In this document: one piece after another, positions 1 through 7,595 of the stretch
How positions within the stretch are numbered: the first letter of the stretch is position 1
Layout: the number at the start of each line of letters is the position of its first letter
Made by a program: the position numbers and the translations under genes
Origin: Myxococcota bacterium
GTDB lineage: Bacteria > Myxococcota_A > UBA796 > GCA-2862545
Assembly (NCBI GenBank): GCA_039208735.1
Contig: JBCCQY010000088.1
Coordinates: 1 to 36,716 of the forward strand
Direction of reading: 5' to 3'
Length of the DNA stretch: 36,716 nt
Notes under the pieces: model-generated
Told to the model about the DNA's origin: nothing
Databases searched by the model: none
What the model saw: the letters and a program-made list of their open reading frames with translations, nothing else

Positions 1-342
1 CCGGAAGTCCCCCCCCGTCCCGGTATGAACGACCCCCACCGCAACGGACACAGGGCCTGGATCCAAGTTGAATCCTTCTAAATCGAAGAGGCCGTTCACC
101 ACCTCATGAACGGTTCCATCGCCTCCGATCGCAATGACGCGGTTCACCGCCGATCGCCACTGCCGAACCAACGCCTCACCATGGCCAGAATGCTCCGTCT
201 CAACCCAATGGACGGTGACGGGGGCGTCGTCTAGACGTTGACGGATGGCATTCCGAAAGCGGATGGCCCGCCTACCTCCCGCCGCGGGATTGAAGACGAC
301 GAGGACGGCCTCGTCGGGGTCAGGCGCCTGCGGTGCGCTCAC
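1..342 (-). CDS. Diacylglycerol kinase/YegS-family lipid kinase, N-terminal part (runs off window start)
   Basis: Not in the ORF track. Manual translation from GTG at 342 (GAGGA SD upstream) gives MSAPQAPDPDEAVLVVFNPAAGGRR...VIAIGGDGTVHEVVNGL...VVHTGTGGDFR, with the NPxAG, GGDGT and GTGxDF motifs. Confidence 0.9.
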   Translation of the reverse strand, partial: MSAPQAPDPDEAVLVVFNPAAGGRRAIRFRNAIRQRLDDAPVTVHWVETEHSGHGEALVRQWRSAVNRVIAIGGDGTVHEVVNGLFDLEGFNLDPGPVSVAVGVVHTGTGGDFR

Positions 343-390
343 GGGATGTCCTCACCTGGCGTGCGCTCCAGCGGTACCACACTCGGGGAG

Positions 391-428
391 GAAAGAAAAA
401 ATGCCCGGCCACATAGGCGGCCGGGCAT
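391..428 (-). terminator. Rho-independent terminator
   Basis: Minus strand reads ATGCCCGGCCGC-CTAT-GTGGCCGGGCAT then TTTTTCTTTC: a 12-bp GC-rich stem (one G-U) plus U-tract. Confidence 0.85.
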
Positions 429-481
429 CTCACGCGGTTGACGGCACGCCGGCACCCGCAAAGCTCCGTGTCTCTCCGTGC
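395..481 (-). ncRNA. Candidate sigma54-dependent small RNA (~87 nt), or attenuated leader of the DAG kinase gene
   Basis: Bounded by a sigma54 promoter (predicted +1 at about 480-481) and the terminator. 5' segment has two CACGGAG repeats, then an imperfect hairpin (429-463), then the terminator hairpin (401-428). No credible ORF. Family not recognised. Confidence 0.6.
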
Positions 482-490
482 ACCAGACAA

Positions 491-506
491 TGCATTGGGC
501 GTGCCA
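491..506 (-). promoter_or_regulatory. sigma54 (RpoN) -24/-12 promoter
   Basis: Minus strand TGGCACGCCCAATGCA has exact GG-N10-GC spacing and one mismatch to TGGCACG-N4-TTGCA. Confidence 0.75.
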
Positions 507-582
507 CCCCTTAGAATTTGGCCGATAAATAAGGTTCATCCATTCGCCGAGGGAGGCGAAGGGTCACGGTCGAGAGACTCAG

Positions 583-620
583 ATCGCGAAATCACGACAT
601 CTGTGTCGCGGTCATGGACA
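583..620. promoter_or_regulatory. Putative tandem enhancer sites (UAS) for a sigma54 activator
   Basis: ATCGCGAAATCACGACA (583-599) and TGTCGCGGTCATGGACA (604-620, TGTC-N9-GACA dyad). GACA ends are 21 bp apart, about 100-140 bp upstream of the predicted +1. Confidence 0.45.
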
Positions 621-900
621 AAACTATGCAATCGAAGAGTGTCAGGCGGCTGCTTCCGAGCGGTGATGGCCTGCCGTGCCAAACCGATCTGCCTTGAAGC
701 TTGCTTATCCCACCCATTCGACCCTGGCAGAGATGTCACGGTGTGCTTCTGGAGGGTTATGCGGGGCCGTCCAACGGTTCCTAAGATCCGCACAGAGACG
801 GCTTCGAACGGTGTTCCACGGGGTTGTCCGCCATCTGAAAACCGACTACCTAGCGACCGACCATTGGCGGCGACCGATTTCAGCCGCACGGGAGTTAGCT

Positions 901-2082
901 TTGTACGACCTGATCATTCGTGACGCGACGATCGTCTCCTCGGCGGGTCGCCAGGTGGCGGATGTCGCGATCCGCGGTGACAAGATCGCGTATGTCGGAC
1001 CTCGCCCCCCGCGATCTGCTCGATCTGAGTTGAGCGCGATGGGGCGATTTCTCATTCCGGGTGTCGTCGACGGTGGACTGCAGCTGTCGGGTGCGGGGCC
1101 GCTCGCGCGTGCTGTCGCCGATGAGACCCGTGCGGCCGTCACCGGTGGCGTGACTACCGTGGTGGCCCTTCCTCACCCTGAACGTCCGGTTCGCACTGCG
1201 ACCGATGCTCGGGACATGTGGCAAGAGGCGGGGCGCGAGAGCTTTTGTGACGTGGGGTGGTGGGCCAATGACGAGCACGGTTCGATCGATGCCATCCGCG
1301 ATGCCGCAGCCGACGGTTGGGTAGCGGGGGTACTCGCAACCCTTCACGAACCGGACATTTCGGAGGAGCGGCTTGAGCGCTGGCGTTCGTTTCCGGGGTT
1401 GCTCGCCATCTGCTGGGAGGCTGCAGACCCTCCACCGCAACGGCTCCTGGACGTTGCAAAAGACCGCGAACGCCCACTTCATCTCTACGCACTGACCACC
1501 GCTACGGAACTCGACTGGCTCGATCCAGTTCGAAGCAGTGTGTCGCTCACCGCAATGGTGACGGTGCCTCACCTGTTCCTTTCGGCTGATGATCCGGAAT
1601 CCGCAGACGTGGTGACCGCGCCCCCGCTGCGCCCCGAGCAGGATCGCCGTACCCTTTGGACGGCCATCAAGCGGGGGCGGCTCGACACGGTCGCATCTCA
1701 CCACCATGCTCATCCCGACCAGGGAGTAGCCAGCAGTGAACTCCTGCTTCCCCTCATGCTGCACGCGGCGCAGTCTGGCCGGTTGTCACTCGAACAGCTT
1801 GTGGGACTCTGTTGTGAGACGCCCGCCCGACTCTTTGGCCTCACCACCAAGGGTCGTGTGCAGAAGGGAGCCGATGCGGACCTCGTGCTGTTTTCCGAAG
1901 GGCACACCCAGCGCATCATCGCCGATCATCTCGCCACGCGAAGCGCATCTCCCTACCTTGGCCGCGAGGCGGCTCCCAAGCCTGAGATGGTCTTCGTGGC
2001 GGGCCAACTCGTGGCCGAACGAGGTCAGCTGGTGGTCGATCGCCCGGTCGGTCGAGCGTTGTCACTCGACGATGCGGCCTGA
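901..2082 (+). CDS. Dihydroorotase/allantoinase-like amidohydrolase, probably catalytically inactive
   Basis: Start re-picked to TTG 901 (GGGAG SD). Has YDLIIRDATIV...DVAIRGDKIAYVG, AAVTGGVTTV, PPLR and PARLFGL-KGRVQKGADADLV. Metal ligands are missing (DGGLQL for DxHxH; SHHHAH for xDHAPH). Confidence 0.8.
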   Translation: MYDLIIRDATIVSSAGRQVADVAIRGDKIAYVGPRPPRSARSELSAMGRFLIPGVVDGGLQLSGAGPLARAVADETRAAVTGGVTTVVALPHPERPVRTATDARDMWQEAGRESFCDVGWWANDEHGSIDAIRDAAADGWVAGVLATLHEPDISEERLERWRSFPGLLAICWEAADPPPQRLLDVAKDRERPLHLYALTTATELDWLDPVRSSVSLTAMVTVPHLFLSADDPESADVVTAPPLRPEQDRRTLWTAIKRGRLDTVASHHHAHPDQGVASSELLLPLMLHAAQSGRLSLEQLVGLCCETPARLFGLTTKGRVQKGADADLVLFSEGHTQRIIADHLATRSASPYLGREAAPKPEMVFVAGQLVAERGQLVVDRPVGRALSLDDAA

Positions 2083-3039
2083 ACCTTTCTTTCGCATCAG
2101 GAGGGAGCCCAAGTACCGGGCTCCTGAATCTTCGAGATCCTGCGCCGTTTGAATGACGGCGCTGGGCGCCGTGCAGGCGAGAGGCCCGTCATTCCCCTCG
2201 AACAGCAGTCGAGTGGGTACCGCAGGAATGGGAGCCTTCGCCGTGCGGAAGCCCTCAAGCGTCGCAACTACCGCAGCCACCGGCGTCTGGGCTTCGGGTA
2301 CGACCTTCGTAAGCGGCTGTTTGGCTAGGCCGAGTCGCTCGATGTGGCGAGCCAACCCTTCGGGCCACTCCGCGGCATCCGCCGGCTGTCTGGCGATGGG
2401 TACAAGGCAGGCGGAAACGTCCCCACCGAGCCGTACCTCTTGTGGTCCCGGGTCCGATGTGCAGAACTTGCGGCGACGTTCACCTGAGTACAGGGCGTCG
2501 CAGTCCGGTTTCTGAAGGCATGCATCCTCGAGAAAGTCCGTGGCCACGGCGTTGGTGCCCTCACCCACCAAGGGCAAGTGACGAACTTCGCCAAGCAACC
2601 AACTCCCAGCGCGACCGGATTGAATCCACACCGTGACCAACGGCTGCGTCCCAGCGATCGCCTGGGGCCCCTCGGGGCACGGCCCCCCGAGCGCGTAACT
2701 AGGCGCCCGCTGAACGGGGTAGGCGCGTTTTCCGCCCGTCACCGACAGTACGACCGGGTCGAGCCCCGCGCGTCGTGCAGCGTTGATGAGCTTGCGCGCG
2801 ATGAAAAACCCGCTGTCACCCGGAAGCTCAATCCAGGCTGGACGGCCCTCAAAGGAGTCGAGAGCCAAACGCACGTCGGGCACATCTTCATCGACCGGGT
2901 TGGCCTCGAGGACGGAGAATTCCCCGACTGCCGTGCCGTCAACCGAGACACGCGTTGGCGTGACCGCGATCTTCACAGCCTGGTCGGGAACACCGGGCAC
3001 GGGACGAGAGAAGCACGCCAAGGCGGTGAGCAGAAGCAT
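2062..3039 (-). CDS. Hypothetical lipoprotein, Cys-containing
   Basis: ATG 3039 lies 4 nt after the topB stop, with GAGG upstream. MLLLTALAC is lipobox-like. No family recognised. Confidence 0.65.
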   Translation of the reverse strand: MLLLTALACFSRPVPGVPDQAVKIAVTPTRVSVDGTAVGEFSVLEANPVDEDVPDVRLALDSFEGRPAWIELPGDSGFFIARKLINAARRAGLDPVVLSVTGGKRAYPVQRAPSYALGGPCPEGPQAIAGTQPLVTVWIQSGRAGSWLLGEVRHLPLVGEGTNAVATDFLEDACLQKPDCDALYSGERRRKFCTSDPGPQEVRLGGDVSACLVPIARQPADAAEWPEGLARHIERLGLAKQPLTKVVPEAQTPVAAVVATLEGFRTAKAPIPAVPTRLLFEGNDGPLACTAPSAVIQTAQDLEDSGARYLGSLLMRKKGSGRIVE

Positions 3040-3043
3040 GGCC

Positions 3044-5425
3044 TCAAGTAGCCCGTTCTCGCGCATCGGTGCGGAAGCTGCAGCCTTCGCGCCACCGACT
3101 ACAGCCAAGGGCCCGTTTGCCTCGGATCACGGTGCCTTGTCGGCATTTGGGGCATGGCTGGCCCACTCGGACGGGAGCGCGGCTTTCGCGGGCCTCGGCA
3201 TCCGGAAACCAAAAGCGGACCCGTTGGTCGTCATTGTCCCAGGTGATTCCCGCGGTAAAGGGCGAACCATCTCGCTTCTTCTTGAACCCTTTCACAGGTT
3301 TGGAACGTCCATCTCGCAGAAGCTGCTGGACCATCGTCTTGCTGATCTTGCGGCGAGACATGGTCTCGAACACCACAAAGGAGCAGGCTCGGCCTCGGTC
3401 ACACGACCAGACCCGGCCCCGGTGACGCACTGGAGAACCGCAGGCGGGGCAGTCTCCTAGGGAGGGGCCCGCTTGGGAGGGGTCCACCGCGGGCGGGTCG
3501 CCATCGATCAAGGCTTGCACGATCTCGCTCACGTAGCGGCGCACGGCGTCCATAAAGTCCGCCCGGCTTGGGCCGTCGCCTTCCGACATCGTGGACAGGC
3601 GACCTTCCCAATCACCGGTCAGTTCGGCGGACTTCAGGGCATCGACGCACACCGCATCGATGAGGGCTACCCCCGCGTCGGTCGCATGAAGGTCTCGCCC
3701 TGCACGGCGCACGAACTTGCGGTCGACCAAGGTCTGTAGAATGGAGGCTCGAGTTGCCGGCGTGCCAAGACCCTTGCCCCGCAGCGCACGCATCAGGGCA
3801 TCGTCATCGAGTTGTCGACCCGCGGTCTCCATCGAGCGCAACAGAGTGGCATCGTTGTGGGGTCGTGGCGGGCGCGTCTGGCCCTTCTTGGCTTCGGGTT
3901 CACTAGAATCGGCCCGATCATCGGGTTCGACGGCCGGCAGGTCAACCTCCTTGGAGGGCCCTGGCGGATCGATGGCGCGCCAACCTTCGCGACGACACAC
4001 CCGCCCGCGCGCTCGGAAGCGGAGCGGTCGCGTGACCTCTTCATCCAATGCGACGTTGGGGTTCGGGGGCACCGCAACCACCAGCCGTGTCACGTCGAAC
4101 AATGCATCTTCCGACAGCGCTGCGAGAAGTCGACGGGCGACGAGGTCGAAAATCCGCTTTTCGTCGACGGATAGACCCGACGACGATGGGGTGCGACCCG
4201 TCGGAATGATGGCGTGGTGGTCACCGACCTCCGCGGCATTGACCACTCGGGACCCTGGATTCAACGGGCCCGCCGCGAGTCGAGCCGCTACGAACCCGGT
4301 GTACGGTGGCAGGGGCTGAAGCCCGGCGAGTACCCCTGGCAAAAGCGGAACCTCGGCCGGCGTGAGGTAGCGCGCGTCGGTTCGTGGATAGGTGATCAAC
4401 TTGTGCTGTTCGTAAAGAGCCTGGGCAATCGTGAGCGTTTGCTGGGCAGAAAGCCCGTACCGCTGGTTTGCTCGACGCTGCAGGCTGGTCAAGTCGTACA
4501 GGAGTGGGGGCGGCTCCGTGGTGCGACGCCGCTCGGCTTCTTCGACCGTTCCTCGCTGACCATCCGCGGCGCTGGCAATGGCCTGCGCCAGGGCTTCGTT
4601 TGCAATGCGTTCGGCTTGGGGAACCGGTTGGCGACGCCCCTCACTCTGTTCGGACTCCTTGGTGGCAGGCAGGAAGTAGGTCGCCCGCCACGTGCCTCCG
4701 ACGCGCCCTGGAGCGTGGTCGGCTTCCTCAACTTCCGAATTGCCCTGGCCGGTGAAGGTCGCCTTGACCTGCCAATAGTCCTCGGGCACGAACGACTCAA
4801 TCTCGCGGTCACGCGCCACGATCATCGCCAGCGTGGGGGTTTGTACCCGACCTACGGGGAATAGCCCGGAGCCCCCCACGTCACGCGCTCGGCAGGTGAG
4901 GGCCCGAGTGGCGTTCAGCCCCACCAGCCAATCCGCTTCAGCCCGGCTCCGTGCGGCATCGGCCAACCGATCGAAATCCGCCGCAGGCCGAAGCCGGGAC
5001 CACGCTTGTTGGATAGCCGCATCGGTGAGTGAGCTGGTCCAAAGACGTAAAACTGGGCGTTTACAGCGAGCGATCTCATAGACATAGCGAAAGATGAGTT
5101 CGCCTTCGCGACCCGCATCACACGCGTTGACAACGTCGACCGTGCGCTCATCATTCAGCCACTTCGTGAGCACCGCAAGTTGGTCCGACGCATCTTTGCG
5201 GACCCGAACCGCAAACCGTTCGGGCAGCATGGGCAGGGTGGCCAGTGACCACTTCTGCCAATGTTCTTGGTAGAACGCAGGGTCTTCGAGTTCGGCCATG
5301 TGGCCATGGCACCAGGTGACCAGTACCCCGGACCCTTCGAGAGCCCCCGGAGCTCGACGCGTTGCCCCCAAGACTCGGGCAATGTCTCTCGCCACGCTAG
5401 GTTTTTCGGCCACGATCACGCGCAT
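3044..5425 (-). CDS. topB: DNA topoisomerase III (type IA)
   Basis: VAEKPSVARDIA, TWCHGH, NACDAGREGELIF, GRVQTPTL, active-site LITYPRTD, GLGTPATRA, C-terminal Zn ribbons (CPACG, CPKC). AGGAGG SD. Confidence 0.95.
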   Translation of the reverse strand: MRVIVAEKPSVARDIARVLGATRRAPGALEGSGVLVTWCHGHMAELEDPAFYQEHWQKWSLATLPMLPERFAVRVRKDASDQLAVLTKWLNDERTVDVVNACDAGREGELIFRYVYEIARCKRPVLRLWTSSLTDAAIQQAWSRLRPAADFDRLADAARSRAEADWLVGLNATRALTCRARDVGGSGLFPVGRVQTPTLAMIVARDREIESFVPEDYWQVKATFTGQGNSEVEEADHAPGRVGGTWRATYFLPATKESEQSEGRRQPVPQAERIANEALAQAIASAADGQRGTVEEAERRRTTEPPPLLYDLTSLQRRANQRYGLSAQQTLTIAQALYEQHKLITYPRTDARYLTPAEVPLLPGVLAGLQPLPPYTGFVAARLAAGPLNPGSRVVNAAEVGDHHAIIPTGRTPSSSGLSVDEKRIFDLVARRLLAALSEDALFDVTRLVVAVPPNPNVALDEEVTRPLRFRARGRVCRREGWRAIDPPGPSKEVDLPAVEPDDRADSSEPEAKKGQTRPPRPHNDATLLRSMETAGRQLDDDALMRALRGKGLGTPATRASILQTLVDRKFVRRAGRDLHATDAGVALIDAVCVDALKSAELTGDWEGRLSTMSEGDGPSRADFMDAVRRYVSEIVQALIDGDPPAVDPSQAGPSLGDCPACGSPVRHRGRVWSCDRGRACSFVVFETMSRRKISKTMVQQLLRDGRSKPVKGFKKKRDGSPFTAGITWDNDDQRVRFWFPDAEARESRAPVRVGQPCPKCRQGTVIRGKRALGCSRWREGCSFRTDARERAT

Positions 5426-5536
5426 CGGCGCCTCCTAACACCACCCCGGGGTCTTTCGTCACCTCCACGCCGAGATTTCCGGACAGTCCTGGACCGCAAA
5501 TTGGGCCGCTACAATGCTTCCGAGCTTGGGAGCGAT

Positions 5537-7501
5537 GTGGACGAGAAGACGCGTATCTGGGGACCGGTTTTGGCGGTGGCCGTCTTGTTGCCCCTCGCCT
5601 TTATAGGCGTCCGCGCATGCCTGCCTCCCATCGGCGCGACCCCGCCTCCGACCGAACTTCGCCAAGGCTCCGCCGACTGTTCGTCATGCCACCAAGAGGT
5701 GTACGACAGTTGGCGCATCTCGACGCACGCACGGGCCGAACGCACGCTCGACCCTACCGTGCTCGCTCCGTTGCCCGACGGCCATCTGCAGCTCGAAACG
5801 AGCGAGGGGTCGCAGACGTTTACCGCCACCCGCGCGATTGGCGTCGACCCTCTCTGGCAGTACCTCATCGCCATGGGGGAGGGGCGGTTCCAGGTCACTC
5901 AAACGGCCTGGGACCCTGCCAAGCAAGAGTGGTTCGACGTCTTTGCCGACGGCCGGGGGCCCGGAGAATGGGGACATTGGACGGGCGGGGGCATGAATTG
6001 GAATGCCCAATGTGCGAAGTGCCACAACACTGGAGTGACCAAGGGGCTCCAGCCGGACGGCAGTTATGAAACCCGAATCCAGGAGTTTGGCGTTGGCTGT
6101 GAGGCCTGCCATGGCGACGCAACCCCCCACTTGACCGGTGGCGATCCACCGTTGGTCGCCCCCGATCGGTGGTTCGATGTCTGTGCCTCCTGCCATGCAA
6201 GCCGAGCCGAACTGACCGGCCGCTTTCAACCGGGCGACCGGTTTCTCGACCACTTCCGGCCCGCGCTCGTGGATTTGACGGACGCGTTCTACCCCGATGG
6301 GCAGGTGCGGGACGAGAACTTCGAGTACGCGTCATTCGTCGGCTCCACCATGCACGAGCGTGGCGTCACCTGCATGTCGTGCCATGATGCGCATTCGGGG
6401 CGGCTGATCCGTGACGGCGACGCCTTGTGTCTTGGCTGTCACCAGGGCTTTGACGGATGGACCGCTCACGACCGGCACGGCGGCGAGGTGAGCTGTGGGG
6501 GTTGCCACATGCCCATCACGACCTACATGCAGCGAGATCCACGCCACGACCACGGCTTTGTCCTTCCTGATCCCGGCATCGAAGGTGTGCCAGATGTGTG
6601 CACGCGATGCCACACAGACCGTGGGCCGAGCTGGGCCCGCAAGGTAGCGGATGATTGGTGGCCCGACCGGCCCACCGAGCGCCGCGCCCGAGCGGACCTC
6701 CTTCGTGGGGCCCGTCAAGGCAACCGGGAGGTCATTCCTGCTCTTCTGAAGCAGCTCGCTTCTGGGTCACCCGCCTGGCGTGCGAGCAGCGCGCTGGCCT
6801 TGGGCGCATTTCTCGATGATCCGTCGAGCCGTGAAGGGCTGATCGAGGCGTCCACGGACCCCGAAGGCTTGGTGAGAATGGCCGCGACCGAAGCGCTCGC
6901 CCCAGCGTGGACCATTCCTGCCGTAGCGAATGCCCTGGAGGCCCGACGCGACGAGACCGTGCGCAGCGTTCGTATCGCGGCCCAACGGCCGCTCCGAGTC
7001 GACGGTAAGGCCGACGACTACCGCCGCTATCTCGCGCACAATGCAGACCAGCCCTCCGCACTGTTGGAGGATGCCACATGGTCGCTCGAAAAGGCCCAAA
7101 CCGACCAGGCCGTGAGCAAACTCGAACGAGCACTTTCGCTCGACCCGTCATCTGCGGTGCTGTACGGCCAATTGGCCGTGGCCCAATCCCAGCAGGCGCG
7201 CCCCCAGGACGCCATCCGTACGCTCGAGACCGCCCTCAAGCGAGGGCTCGAAGACCCCGACCTCCTCTACCGATTGGGGCTGGCCTATCATGCTGCGGGG
7301 CGTACGAATCGCGCGGAAGATGCGCTCCAACGAGCCTTCGAGCAGGACCCAGCGCATCCGCGCGCGGGCTACAATCTTGGGGTTCTGCTCCTCGAACAGG
7401 GCAAGATCGCAGCAGCAATCCAAACCCTCGAGCAAGCAGCCGAGCATCAGCCATCCGAGGCACTCGATAATGCCCTGAAGTACGCCCGAAGTCAGCGCTA
7501 G
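5537..7501 (+). CDS. Octaheme cytochrome c with HEAT-like and TPR repeats
   Basis: Eight CxxCH motifs (CSSCH, CAKCH, CEACH, CASCH, CMSCH, CLGCH, CGGCH, CTRCH), an N-terminal hydrophobic anchor and C-terminal TPRs. Start re-picked to GTG 5537 (GGGAG SD). Confidence 0.9.
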   Translation: MDEKTRIWGPVLAVAVLLPLAFIGVRACLPPIGATPPPTELRQGSADCSSCHQEVYDSWRISTHARAERTLDPTVLAPLPDGHLQLETSEGSQTFTATRAIGVDPLWQYLIAMGEGRFQVTQTAWDPAKQEWFDVFADGRGPGEWGHWTGGGMNWNAQCAKCHNTGVTKGLQPDGSYETRIQEFGVGCEACHGDATPHLTGGDPPLVAPDRWFDVCASCHASRAELTGRFQPGDRFLDHFRPALVDLTDAFYPDGQVRDENFEYASFVGSTMHERGVTCMSCHDAHSGRLIRDGDALCLGCHQGFDGWTAHDRHGGEVSCGGCHMPITTYMQRDPRHDHGFVLPDPGIEGVPDVCTRCHTDRGPSWARKVADDWWPDRPTERRARADLLRGARQGNREVIPALLKQLASGSPAWRASSALALGAFLDDPSSREGLIEASTDPEGLVRMAATEALAPAWTIPAVANALEARRDETVRSVRIAAQRPLRVDGKADDYRRYLAHNADQPSALLEDATWSLEKAQTDQAVSKLERALSLDPSSAVLYGQLAVAQSQQARPQDAIRTLETALKRGLEDPDLLYRLGLAYHAAGRTNRAEDALQRAFEQDPAHPRAGYNLGVLLLEQGKIAAAIQTLEQAAEHQPSEALDNALKYARSQR

Positions 7502-7595
7502 ACGCCGCACGGGTACTTCGTGAACGCAACCTCCCCGTTCGATTTCCTTGCGGGTGGGGAATCAAGATTTAGATGTGGCGGGCAACGGAGAGCGG

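Noticed and set aside
450..465. Plus-strand CGGCACCCGCAAAGCT with GG-N10-GC spacing
   Set aside because: Poor -12 element (AAGC), and it lies in the predicted RNA hairpin; likely chance.
543..560. Inverted repeat TTCGCC-N6-GGCGAA
   Set aside because: Only 6 bp, no U-tract; no function can be assigned.
667..682. Second TGGCACG on the minus strand
   Set aside because: No GC at the required GG-N10-GC position.
676..900. ORF-track N-terminal extension of the amidohydrolase, and small ORFs over 238-923
   Set aside because: Family similarity begins at TTG 901 with its own SD. The overlapping short ORFs have no recognisable motifs and cover the regulatory region.
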